The notes beneath the pieces are model-generated. The model saw nothing but the letters and a program-made list of their open reading frames with translations. It had not been told where the DNA came from and ran no database searches. A stretch of 64,000 bases of DNA from NCBI RefSeq assembly GCF_963921235.1, contig NC_086097.1, positions 209,810,001 to 209,874,000 of the forward strand, given 5' to 3'. The stretch comes from Mobula hypostoma (taxonomy: Eukaryota). Shown here piece by piece: positions 26,416-38,299 of this stretch (position 1 is the first letter of the stretch; each line of letters starts with the position of its first letter). Both the position numbers and the translations under genes were made by a program.

Positions 26416-26645
26416 AACGCAAACAACAGGAATTCTGCAGATGCTGGAAATTCAAGCAACACACATCAAAGTTGCTGGTGAACGCAGCAGGCCAGGCAGC
26501 ATCTCTAGGAAGAGGTACAGTCGACGTTTCAGGCTGAGACCCTTCGTCAGGACTAATGAAGGGTCTCGGCCTGAAACGTCGACTGTACCTCTTCCTAGAG
26601 ATGCTGCCTGGCCTGCTGCGTTCACCAGCAACTTTGATGCGTGTT
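26416..26645. mobile_element. Palindromic short element built from Penelope terminal repeats
   Basis: 26461-26547 and 26556-26644 are near-perfect inverted copies of each other. Confidence 0.9.
26519..26554 (-). ncRNA. Minimal type I hammerhead ribozyme motif, intact core
   Basis: Minus strand AGUC-CUGACGA-AGG(GUCUCAG)CCU-GAAA-C-GUC/GACU: core CUGAnGA and GAAA, stems I and II, GUC cleavage triplet, palindromic ACGU. Confidence 0.8.
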
Positions 26646-27435
26646 TATTACAGAGCTGTTCCTTCAGTTAATGTTCATACTTTCCTCTTCCTACTTGGTA
26701 CTAATTTAGAATGTTCTAATGATACAGAAGACTGCTGGATGAAAAAGAAACACATTTCTGAATTAGGGAGGATCTTCATTCTTCAGATGTCTAGATATAA
26801 TACATCATTTATCCATCCCCACGGAGATTAGAGGGTCCCCTCCCCAACTCAGGATATCAACAGATCTAAAAACTTCAGTCAAAATTAAATAACCAACAGA
26901 TTTGCTGACTCCCATTTCAAGCTCAAGAAGCATCCTTATGATTGTGTGGGTTTTGTGGTGTTTGGAATAAATCCGTTTCAAGATTGGTTCCTCTTCGAAT
27001 GTTCACTCTCATCCACCTCCCTTGCTGCTGTCACTGCTAATGACCTTATCAGTCCGATCGTCTTGGAACTCTCCTCACTCCTCATCAGTCCTTAATTGAT
27101 TGATCCACACCCTGGATTATCTCCCTAAATAACACATCTTCTCTTTCCATTTGATCATATGCGTGCTTGATCCTTTCCCCAACCAAGCCCTTCAACCATT
27201 TCCAAAGTCAGCCATCTCCAATATGATCTCCCCTCTTCATTCCTGCCTCTCCCGCAATTGCATCTGTGAATGAAATTCTCATTAACAAGCCCACACCATC
27301 TCTAAGTAGTCATCATAATCCCCTGCCACAATTGTTTATCTTTCCCACCACTGTCATCATCCCCATGATCTTCCTCCTCATGTATGTCTTCCACAATCAC
27401 TTCTATCTCCAATGGTGGGGAACCATGAAGAAAAT

Positions 27436-28695
27436 CCTAATGACTATCCCCCAGTAGCACTCACATCGACAGTGATGAAATGCTTTGTGAGGCTGGTCAT
27501 CACTAGACTGAATTCCTGCCTCAGCAAGGACCTGGACCCATTGCAATTTGCCTATCGCCACAATAGGTCAACGGTAGACGCAATCTCAATGGCTCTCCAC
27601 ACGGCTTTGGACCACCTAGAAAACACAAACACCTACGTCAGGATGCTGTTCATCGACTATAGCTCGGCATTTAATACCATCATTCCCACAATCCTGATTG
27701 AGAAGTTGCAGAACCTGGGCCTCTGTACCTCCCTCTGCAATTGGATCCTCGACTTCCTAACCAGAAGACTACAACCTGTGTGGATCGGTGATAACATATC
27801 TTCCCCGCTGACAATCAACACTGGCACACATCAGTGATGTGTGCTTAGCCCACTGCTCTACTCTCTATATATACATGACTATGTGGCTCGGCATTGCTCA
27901 AATACCATCTACATATTTGCTGACATTACAACCATTGCTGGTAGAATCTCAGGTGGTGACGAAAGGGCGTACAGGAGTGAGATATGCCAACTAGTGGAGT
28001 GGTGCCACAGCCACAACTTGGCACTCAATGCCAGTAGGACGAAAGAGCTGATTGTGTACTTCAGGAAGGGTAAGACGAAGGAACACATACCAATCCTTAT
28101 AGAGGGATCAGAAGTGGAGAGAGTGAGTAGCTTCACGTTCCTGGGTGTCAAGATCTCTGAGGATCTAACCTGGTCCCAGCATATTGATGTAGTTATAAAG
28201 AAGGCAAGACAGTGGTTATACTTCATTAGGAGTTTGAAGAGATTTGGCATGTCAACAAATACACTCAAAAACTTCTATAGTTATACTGTGGAGAGCATTC
28301 TGACAGGCTGCATCACTGTCTGGTATGGAGGGGCTACTGCGCAAGACCGAAAGAAGCTGCAAAAGGTTGTAAATCTAGTCAGCTCCATCTTGGGCACTAG
28401 CTTCTGAAGTACCCAGGACAACTTTAGGGAGCAGTGTCTCAGAAAGGCAGCATCCATTATTAAGGACCTCCAGCACCCAGGGCATGCCCTTTTCTCACTG
28501 TTACCATCAGGTAGGAGGTACAGAAGCCTGAAGGCACACACTCAGTGATTCAGGAACAGCTTCTTCCCCTCTGCCATCCAATTCCTAAATGGACATTGAA
28601 TCTTTGGACACTACCTCACTTTCTTTAAATGTACAGTATTTCTGTTTTTGCACATTTTTAAAAAATCTATTCAATATATGTAATTGATCTGCTTG

Positions 28696-28733
<38 letters not shown>

Positions 28734-28822
28734 TCTCTGCTAGGTTATGTATTGCATTGAACTGCTGCTGCTAAGGTAATAAATTTCACATCACATGGCG
28801 GTGATAATAAACCTGATTATGA
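27436..28822 (+). mobile_element. Rex1/Babar-type LINE, 5'-truncated
   Basis: ORFs 27412-27837 and 27841-28407 are one frame broken by stops; tail contains (TTA)n and aataaacctgatt. Confidence 0.93.
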
Positions 28823-30035
28823 TGGTGTATTCTGCTCTGATTCTTGGGCACATGAATCACTAGCTGATCTCAACACAATAACCAGCAGATAACCCTGATA
28901 TTTCTTCAACATGCTCATTACAATGCAGTTTGAAAATGCATTGACTGCAAAGCAAAAATTTACCCGATATTGTTTCTTACCTGTTATTTAATGGCTTCAT
29001 TATTTAATGAATAACTGAGCATGAAAGGGATAAAAAGAGCATGTTAATGTGCAGACATATCAGTGAAAGAACGCAGTTTTCAAATTAAATCAATTCATTA
29101 TTTAAGGCTGTCATAAAGTAATGATTAATTATAATAACTTGGCTTCTCAGCTTCTCATAAACATCATCTAATCAGCAGTTAATAATGTATCATATGTAAA
29201 AGTGATTATAAAGAAAATCTCAGTTCCATTATCCATGTTCTAAAGACAAACACAGCCTCACTGATGGTGCTTTACAAACAAGAACAAACTAGGGAAAAAA
29301 TGCATATATTTAGAAACTTTATCTGTTTAATTCCATGCTGCATGTCTGAAACTGAACTTTTTCCACAGTTAATAATGAACACATCTGGATTTCACATAAA
29401 CAACAGGAATTCTGCAGATGCTGGAAATTCAAGCAACATTGAATTGCTTGGATTTCACATGTCCCTTCTGGAATTCGACAGCATATGCCACCATGAAATA
29501 GCTTGCACTTCTAAACCACATCAGGTGACATCATTCCTCTTGAAACATTGTGAGGGAGATTAGTCCACATTGTCTCAGAGGTGCTAATCAATAGGTTTTG
29601 TTGATGATAACTTAACAGAGATCCCGTCAAGGTTCAAAATACTACTTTTGCAGTATTCATTATTTTTTGTAACTAATGCCTTGCACAGTACTGCGGCCAC
29701 AAAACAATGAATTCCATGACATATGCCAGTGGTTTATAAACCTGATTCTCATTCTGATAATTTCTATTCTTCATGCAAACAGTACTGAAAAAACGTTCAT
29801 CAGTTTCACCTACCCGGTGCTCCAACTCCCAATTGCCTCTGGTCGTGGCATTGATGAACTCATCTTTTGACATCCCATATGGCCCCACTGGAGGCCCCAA
29901 TCTCCAACCCTTTGCAGGCCACCAATCACCCTCTAATACTGATATGCCCAACACCAACCCCCAGCTCCCTTTCCCACTATTTTGACCAATGCAGCACCCC
30001 TCCCAGCCACCTATGTTTTGCACTGCCAGCACACT

Positions 30036-30264
30036 TGTGGTAAACCATGCATATATGTTGTAACTCGGTTACCTGTCTGGACACACCCCTCTGCTGACTG
30101 CCCCTGTGGCTCCTCCCACAGAGTCCTGTATAAAGGTGTTCGCCTTGCCCCTCCCCCTCAGTCCGGGGGCAGACACTCACTGTGGAGGTCATATTGTACA
30201 GCGAATAAAAGCCTTTCAGTATTTTACCAAACCTCAGTCTTTTGGAGTAATTGAAGGTGCTTCA
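30036..30264 (+). repeat. 5' LTR
   Basis: tgtgg...cttca, TATAAA at 30129, AATAAA at 30204; 7 mismatches to the 3' LTR by eye. Confidence 0.96.
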
Positions 30265-30290
30265 ATTTTATTCGCTGTACATTTTAAAAC

Positions 30291-33200
30291 ATGGAACAGT
30301 CCCTGAGACCAGACAAATTAGACCTCAATCCGCAAACACCTGACGCTGGAAACGCTTTCGAACTCTGGCTGGCCTGCTTCGAAGCATATCTAGAGGAGAT
30401 TAAAGCGACCGACCCCGTAGTGAAGCGCAGAGTTCTACTCTTCAGGGTCAGTCCACGGGTTTATTCGCTGATCAGAGACCAGCCAAACTACAACGGCGCG
30501 ATGAACGCACTCAAAAGACAATACCTGCGGCCGATAAACAGCGACTATGCTCGGCATCGCTTAGCGACACGGCAACAACGCCCCGGGGAATTGAGTGCTG
30601 AGTTCATCCAGGCCCTACCGACGCTCGTGCGAGGCTGCAATTGCCAGGAACTGACGGTGGCGCAGCATGCAGAACTCCTAGTGAGGGACGCCTTCGTTAC
30701 GGGGACCAGGTCAGTGTACGTGCGCCAGCGGCTGCTGGAAAAAGCCGATCTTACCCTAAGTTCGGCGATCGAGCTGGCTGACGGAGGCCACTCTGCATAA
30801 CTCCGAGGCTCTCCAGGCACGCGATCCCCCGATGGCCTCGTGGGCGCCGCAGACCCCGCAACCCGCCGGCAAATCGACCTCGGCTGCAGCCAGTCGTGAG
30901 TCCGCGAAGTGCTACTTCTGCGGACTGGAGAAGCACCCCCAGAAACGCTGCGCGGCCCAACAAGCTACCTGTTCCAGCTGCGGAAAGAAGGGCCACTTCG
31001 CCAAGGTCTGTAAGTCAAAACCGCGAGCGGGGTCGAGCAGCGCCGCGTGCGAGACGTGGGGGTCGCCATCTTCCCTGCACACTGCCACCACGTGCGAGAC
31101 ATGGGGGCCGCCATCTTCCCTGCACGCCGCCACCACATGTGAGACATGGGGGCGGCCATCTTGGTCGGCGCCACCTCCCACCGCCTATGACCAACGGGTG
31201 CTCACGGGCCACCCCACTGCGCCGGACCAGGACAGCGACCCCACCCTGGCTTCCGTGACCCTTGACCAAAGCGCTCCCCACCAGCTCACAAGGTCAATGA
31301 TGGACATCCTGGTGGAGGGGCACAGGACAAGCTGCCTGTTTGACACAGGCAGCACGCAGAGTTTTATCCACCCGGACACGGTGCGGCGTTGCGGACTCAT
31401 GATACGGCCGGTAAGTCGGAGGGTCACCATGGCCTCCGGGTCGCATACAACAGACATCCGGGGGGGTGGTGTAGCGACGCTAGTGGTGCAGGGCACAGAA
31501 TATCGAGACTTTAAGTTACTGGTCTTGCCTCAACTGTGTGCCCCTGTGCTGATGGGGTTGGACTTCCAGAGCCACCTGAAAAGCGTGACAATGAAGTATG
31601 ATGGGCCCCTCCCGCCAATTACTGTCATAAATCCCCTGTTTTGTAGAGATACGTCACGTACCCCGCTACTGACCACACACACACACACCGACCTGCACAT
31701 CCCACCCAACATCATGCCAACTGCCACACTACCAACACCACTTGCGGCCTCTCCACCCTCAGGATCCCTCCCCCACCGCTGTTCGCCAACCTGACCCCCG
31801 ACTGTAAACCCGTGGCAACTAAAAGCAGGAGGTACAGCGCAGGGGACAGAGCTTTCATTAAGTCGGAGGTGCAGCGGCTGCTCAGGGAGGGGGTCATTGA
31901 GGCAAACACAAGTCCTTGGAGGGCGCAGGTGGTCGTTGTTCGGAAGGGGGAGAAGAATAGGATGGTCGTGGACTATAGCCAGACCATCAATAGGTTCACG
32001 CAGCTCGACGCGTACCCTCTACACCGCATCGCGGATATGGTCAATCAGATAGCACAGTACAAGGTGTACTCGACCATAGACCTAAAATCCGCTTACCATC
32101 AGCTCCCCATCCGCCGGGAGGACCGCCCTTACACCGCCTTCGAGGCGGACGGCAGGCTTTATTAATTCCTGCGCGTCCTCTTTGGTGTGACGAATGGTGT
32201 ATCTGTCTTCCAGAGGGCAATGGACCAGATGGTGGACCAGTGCCAACTGAAGGCCACGTTCCCATATCTGGATAACATCACCATCTGCGGTCACGACCAG
32301 CAGGATCACGACAACAACCTCCAAAAATTTCTCCAAGCGGCCAAATCTTTCAACCTCACCTATAACAAGGACAAGTGTGTATTTGGGACCACCCAACTTG
32401 CTATCCTTGGGTGTGTTGTGGAGAATGGAGTCATTGGCCCTGACCCCGACCGTATGCGCCCCCCTGTTGGAACTCCCTCTTCCCAATACCCTCAGAACCC
32501 TCAAAAGGTGCCTGGGCTTCTTTTCATATTACGCCCAATGGGTCTCTAACTATGCAGACAAGGCCCGCCCCCTGGTCAAGTCCACCACATTCCCCCTCTC
32601 TGCCGAGGCCCACAGGGCCTTCAACTGCATAAAAGGGGACATTGCCAAAGCAGCAATGCATGCGGTGGATGAGGCCATTCCCTTCTAAGTAGAGAGTGAC
32701 GCCTCAGACTTTGCGCTGGCTGCTACCCTCAACCAGGTAGGAAGACCAGTAGCGTTCTTCTCCCATACCCTTCAAGGCCCTGAAATTCGGCACTCTGCGG
32801 TAGAGAAAGAGGCCCAGGCCATAGTGGAAGCTATAAGGCACTGGAGGCACTATCTTGCCGGCAAAAGGTTCACCCTGCTAACTGACCAGCGCTCAGTCGT
32901 GTTCATGTTTAATAATCAGCAGCGGAGCAAAATCAAAAATGATAAAATTCTGAGGTGGAGAATCGAACTCTCCACCTACAACTATGACATCATGTACAGG
33001 CCTGGGAAGCTCAAAGAGCCCTCCGATGCCCTATCCCGGGGAACATGTGCCAGCGCGCAGATCGACCGGCTATACGCCCTACATGTAGACCTTTGCCACC
33101 CGGAAGTCACCCGGCTTTTCCACTTCGTGAAAGCCCGGAACCTGCCCTACTCCCTTGAGAAGATCAGGATGATGACCAGGGACTGCCAAGTCTGCACAGA

Positions 33201-34122
33201 GTGCAAACCGCACTTCTACCGACCCGAAAAGGCACAACTAATCAAGGCCACCCGCCCCTTTGAGCGACTGAGTGTTGACTTTAAGGGCCCCCTTCCCTCC
33301 ACCGACCGCAATGTGTACTTTCTTAACGTAATTGACGAGTACTCGAGGTTCCCCTTCGCCATCCCCTGCCCCGACACCACTACCACGTCAGTTATAAAAG
33401 CCCTGCGTAAGCTCTTCACTCTGTTCGGATACCCATGCTATATCCACAGTGACAGAGGGTCCTCGTTTATGAGTGACGAGCTGCGCCAATATCTACTGGC
33501 TAGGGGAATTGCAACCAGTAGGACCACGAGATATAACCCCCGGGGGAATGGACAGGTAGAGAAGGAGAATGGCACAGTGTGGAAAGCCACACTCTTAGCC
33601 CTCAGGTCAAAGGGACTGCCGGTCTCCCGCTGGCAGGAGGTCCTTCCCAAGGCACTCCACTCCATCCGCTCCCTGTTATGCACAGCCACCAATGCCAGCC
33701 CTCATGAGCGGCTCTTTTCATTTCCCAGAAAATTGACCACTGGAACCACCCTACCAACTTGGCTGATGTCCCCAGGGCCAGTGCTGTTTCGGAAACATGC
33801 GAGGAGCAATAAATACTCCCCGATAGTCGAGAGGTTTCACTTACTTCATGCGAACCCCCAGTATGCCTACGTGGTTTTACCTGATGGGCGGGAGGACACG
33901 GTCTCCATCCACGACCTGGCGCCCGCAGGAGCACCGGGCCCCTACCCTGAACACTCCGTGGTGACTATTGACCTCGTACCCACCAATGTATGTACCTACA
34001 AGACACCATGCACCCCAAACCCTATACAGACACCACACGACACTCCCATACCGGGCACGACGCACACGCACGAGGGATTACCAACGCCTAACGTGCTGGC
34101 ACCTGATAGACTTAACCTGTAA
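30291..34122 (+). pseudogene. gag-pol of the Gypsy element with several frameshifts and stops
   Basis: Gag from ATG 30291; two Zn knuckles (CYFCGLEKHPQKRC, CSSCGKKGHFAKVC); protease LFDTGS; RT RMVVDY, IDLKSAYHQL, FPYLDN; RNase H FTLLTDQR; integrase SVDFKGP, HSDRGSSF, GNGQVEKEN. Breaks near 30780, 31770, 32163, 32460 and 32686. Confidence 0.93.
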
Positions 34123-34191
34123 ACATACTTCTTGTAAATATTGTCAGTCACTTCACCCCGCGGGACTCTTTTTAAAAAAAAGAGGGGTGAA

Positions 34192-34420
34192 TGTGGTAAA
34201 CCATGTATATATGTTGTAACTCGGTTACCTGTCTGGACACGCACCTCTGCTGACTGCCCCTGTGGCTCCTCCCACAGAGTCCTGTATAAAGATGTTCGCC
34301 TTGCCCCTCCCCCTCAGTCCGGGGGCAGACACTCACTGTGGAGGTCGTATTGTACAGCGAATAAAAGCCTTTTAGTATTTTACCAAACCTCAGTCTTTTG
34401 GAGAAATTGAAGGTGCTTCA
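34192..34420 (+). repeat. 3' LTR
   Basis: Direct repeat of 30036-30264, preceded by the polypurine tract. Confidence 0.96.
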
Positions 34421-34442
34421 ACACGCTACCAACTGGTCATGA

Positions 34443-35662
34443 ACCATAAGACCATAAGACAAAGGAGCAGAAGTCGGCCATTCGGCCCATTGAGTCTGCT
34501 CCGCCATCTTATCATGAGCTGATTAATTCTCCCATTTAGTCCCACTCCCCGGCCTTCTCACCATAACCTTTGATGCCCTGGCTCCTCAGGTACCTATCAA
34601 TCTCTGCCTTAAATACACCCAATGACTTGGCCTCCACTGCCGCCCGTGGCAACAAATTCCACAGATTCTCCACCCTCTGGCTAAAAAAATTTCTTTGCAT
34701 CTCTGTTCTGAATGGGCGCCCTTCAATCCTTAAGTCATGCCCTCTTCTACTGGACTCATGGGAAACAACTTTGCCACATCCACTCTGTCCATGCTTTTCA
34801 ACATTCAAAATGTTTCTATGAGGTCCCTCTTCATTCTTCTAAACTTCAAGGAATACAGTCCAAGAGCAGACAATCGTTCCTCATATGTTAACCCTCTCAT
34901 TCCTGGAATCATTCTAGTGAATCTTCTCTGAACCCTCTCCAACATCAGCACATCCTTTCTTAAATAAGGAGACCAACACTGCCCACAGTACTCCAAGTGA
35001 GGTCTCATCAACGCGTTATAGAGCCTCAACATCACATCCCTGCCCCTACACTCTATTCCTCTAGAAATGAATGCCAACATTGCGTTCGCCTTCTTCACCA
35101 CCGACTCAACCTGGAGGTTAACCTTAAGGGTATCCTGCACGAGGACTCCCAAGCCCCGTTGCATCCCAGAACTTTGAATTCTCTCCCCATTTAAATAATA
35201 ATCTGCCTGTTTATAGTTCTTCTACCAAAGTGTATAACCATACATTTTCCAACATTGTATTTCATTTGCCACTTCTTTGCCCGTTTTCCCAATCTATCCA
35301 AGTCTCTCTGTTTCCTCAGCACTACCGGCCCCTCCACCTATCTTCATATCATCAGCAAACTTAGCCACAAAGCCATCTATTCCATATTCCGTTGATGTAC
35401 AATGTAAAAAGAAGCGGCCCCAACACAGACTCCTGTGGAACACCACTGGTAACCAGCAGCCAACCAGAATAGGATCCCTTTATTCCCACTCTCTGTTTTC
35501 TGCCAATTAGCCAATGCTCTATCCACGTATGTAACTTTCCCGTAATTCCATGGGCTCTTATCTTGTTAGCAGCCTCATGTGTGGCACCTTGTCAAAGGCC
35601 TTCTGAAAATCCAAATATACAACATCCACTGCATCTCCCTTGTCTAGCCTACTTGTAATTCC
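34443..35662 (-). mobile_element. CR1 LINE, 5'-truncated
   Basis: Minus ORFs 34805-35164 (RPHLEYC, RVQRRFTRMIPG) and 34536-34808; tail is an accataag tandem repeat; AFDKVPH region at about 35580-35600. Confidence 0.92.
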
Positions 35663-36335
35663 CTTGCTCGCTTGTAAAACCAGCTCAACATATTTTCCTT
35701 ATCAGATGTGCATCAAATGACATCACTTCAAATGCAATGCTTCCTTTGGAGCGTTGTCAAGGAGATTAATATCCAAGTTGTTATGAAAGTGGCCTGTCTG
35801 GAAACTAAGGTAATTAAGGATAGACAATAAATGTGCTATTTTCCATATCAGAAAAAGATTTAGTTATGGAAAGATCAGTCAGGATAAAAAGTGGTTCAGC
35901 TTTACAGACAAAATTGTGATGGGGACCCACACAGAGTTACGGATGAGTTCAGCCTAATCTTTGTAGTATGTGATGATTTTCCAGAAAGAACAAAATTTCC
36001 ATATGGCCATTATAGCTGTGAATAAAAAACAATTAAACACACTGATACTCTTAGCAGCGTGCTTGTTACTGATAACAATGTGACTGATCATAACAATACA
36101 AAAATACTAAAGGACCATTGAAGCACGAAGCTTCATTTTGATCAAGCACTCCACCAAAAGAAGGCATGCTTCAACATTTTATAATGTATAATTTCAAATT
36201 AAATATGATGTGTATGAGCAATAAATGAAGAAGGAAGTTGTCATTTTAAGTGCTATCATCACCAGTAAGATAAATCAGAAGCAAAAATTCAGATCAAAGT
36301 AGACTGAAATGTATTTGACCACTTGATTCGGGGCA

Positions 36336-36990
36336 CAAACACGAGGAAACCTGCAGATGCTGGAATTTCAAGCAACACAAATAAAAATTGCTGGTGAATG
36401 TAGCAAGCCAAGCAGCATCTATAGGAAGAGGTACAGTCGACGTTTCGGGCCGCGACCCTTCGTCGGGACTAACTAAAAGAAGAGATAGTAAGAGATTTGA
36501 AAGTGGGAGGGGGAGGGGGAGATTCAAAATGATAGGAGAGGACAGGAGGGGGAGGGATGGAGCCAAGAGCTGGAAAGTTGATTGGCAAAAGGGATATGAG
36601 AGGATCATGGGACAGGAGGCCTAGGGAGAAAGAAAGGGGGAGGGGGGAATCCCAGAGGATGGGCAAGGAGTATAGTGAGAGGGACAGAGGGAGAAAAAAC
36701 GAGAGGAAAAAAATATACATAATAATAAATAAATAACGGATGGGGTACCAAGGGGAGGTGGAGCATTAGCGGAAGTTAGAGGAGTAATGTTCATGCCATC
36801 AGGTTGGAGGCTACCCAGACAGAATATAATGTGTTGCCCCTCCAACCTGAGTGTGGCTTCATCCTACGCTCTGTCCGCCAGAGAAAGCAGGATCTCCCAG
36901 TAGCCACACATTTTAATTCCACGTCCCATTCCCATTCTGATATGTCTATCTATGGCTTCCTCTACTGTCAAGATGAAGCCACACTCAGGA
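36336..36990 (-). mobile_element. Penelope-like element 3' portion with an inverted segment (about 36866-36990) and a hammerhead variant
   Basis: Terminal repeat 36336-36475 (hammerhead core CCGACGA, U4 changed); homologous to 44720-45230; cctgagtgtggcttcatc (36846) is inverted at 36972-36989. Confidence 0.85.
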
Positions 36991-37714
36991 ATTGGGAAAA
37001 CATCGCCGAGCACACTGATGGTGGTGTGTTAGACTGAGTCGTCGCAGGCTGGGTGGTGCAGTGGCCCCCACCCTCCGGGCCGCCGACCCGATACATTGCC
37101 ACGAAGAACGCAGCGGTAGCCGGGAGGCACCCAGCACATATTTAAGAAAAAAGCTGAAATAAACATGCTAATTAATTAGGTGCTGCCCAGCACGTAATAC
37201 CCAGCCTGCGACGACTCAGTCTAACACACCATCATCAGTGTGCTCGGCGCTGTTTTCCCAATTCTGGTAAGTGATAGAACACTGTACATACATTATTTCT
37301 ACTTTATATAGGCTGTGTATTTTCACGTGTTATTTGGTAGATTTGGCAGCTTCATTGTTTAAAGGTTACTGGACAGCGCATTTATGCCAACAGCGCTTGC
37401 GTGAGATTTTCTGCCGAGAGTACTTGCGTGAGATTTTCGCTACGGAGATCTGTGCAGGCAATTGTTATAGAGAAGTATTTCTACTTTATATAGGCTGTGT
37501 ACTTATCATATCATTCCTGCTTTTACTATATGTTACTGTTATTTTAGGTTTTATGTGTTATTTGGCATGATTTGGTAGGTTATTTTTGGGTCTGTGAACG
37601 CTCACAAAATTTTCCCATATAAATATATGGTAATTGCTTCTTCGCTTTACGACATTTCGGCTTACAAACCATTTCATAGGAACGCTGTACCTTCGGATGG
37701 TGGGAAAAACCTGT
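36991..37714. mobile_element. Tigger/pogo-like DNA transposon remnant (one terminus visible)
   Basis: Right end ...tttcataggaacgctgtaccttcggatggtgggaaaaacctg-TA resembles Tigger-type TIRs; internal inverted repeat of about 63 bp. Confidence 0.6.
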
Positions 37715-38299
37715 AGTACCTTTCAGAAATCGAAACCCATTCTTAAAACGTGCACTCTTGAGTAATAGGATAGGTAACTGGGAGAGATGTCCTGATGTTA
37801 TGCCCAGCATTTGTCCATTTTTCATCATTAGAGGTTGGCACAAGTTTTGTGGGCCAAAGGGCCAGTTTCAGAACTCTGTGGCTCTCTGACTCTATCACAA
37901 TTATAAGTAGATTATCTCATTGTCCGTCTCATTGCTACTCACCAACTGGCTGAGAATAAATTGGCTGCCAAGAACCTTAAACAGCTATAACTTCACATAA
38001 ATATTCTTTAATATACAAGAATATATGTAAGACTATATTAAAGATATATTCTTTCAATTATGAATTATTTCGGGCATGATATATTCTTTCCTTAAGCATC
38101 TTTCAGAGATTTGAGGACATAGGCAGTTCCACGATTTTCCCTGGACTTGCACATCAAAATGTCACAGACTACTTCACCTGCTACCCAATTCGTCCTGTGC
38201 AACAATACTCTGAGCGTCACCATATATGGCCCACTCAAACTCACTGCTTCTTTCCTCTGGGTGCATGACTCTGTTACAGTGCTTGGCAAGGTAAAAAAT

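Larger units (their letters stand above)
30036..34420 (+). mobile_element. Near full-length Ty3/Gypsy LTR retrotransposon (about 4.4 kb), disabled
   Basis: Two 229-bp TG...CA LTRs; flanks acact/acacg (5-bp TSD, one mismatch); PPT 34174-34191; gag-PR-RT-RH-IN order. Confidence 0.96.
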
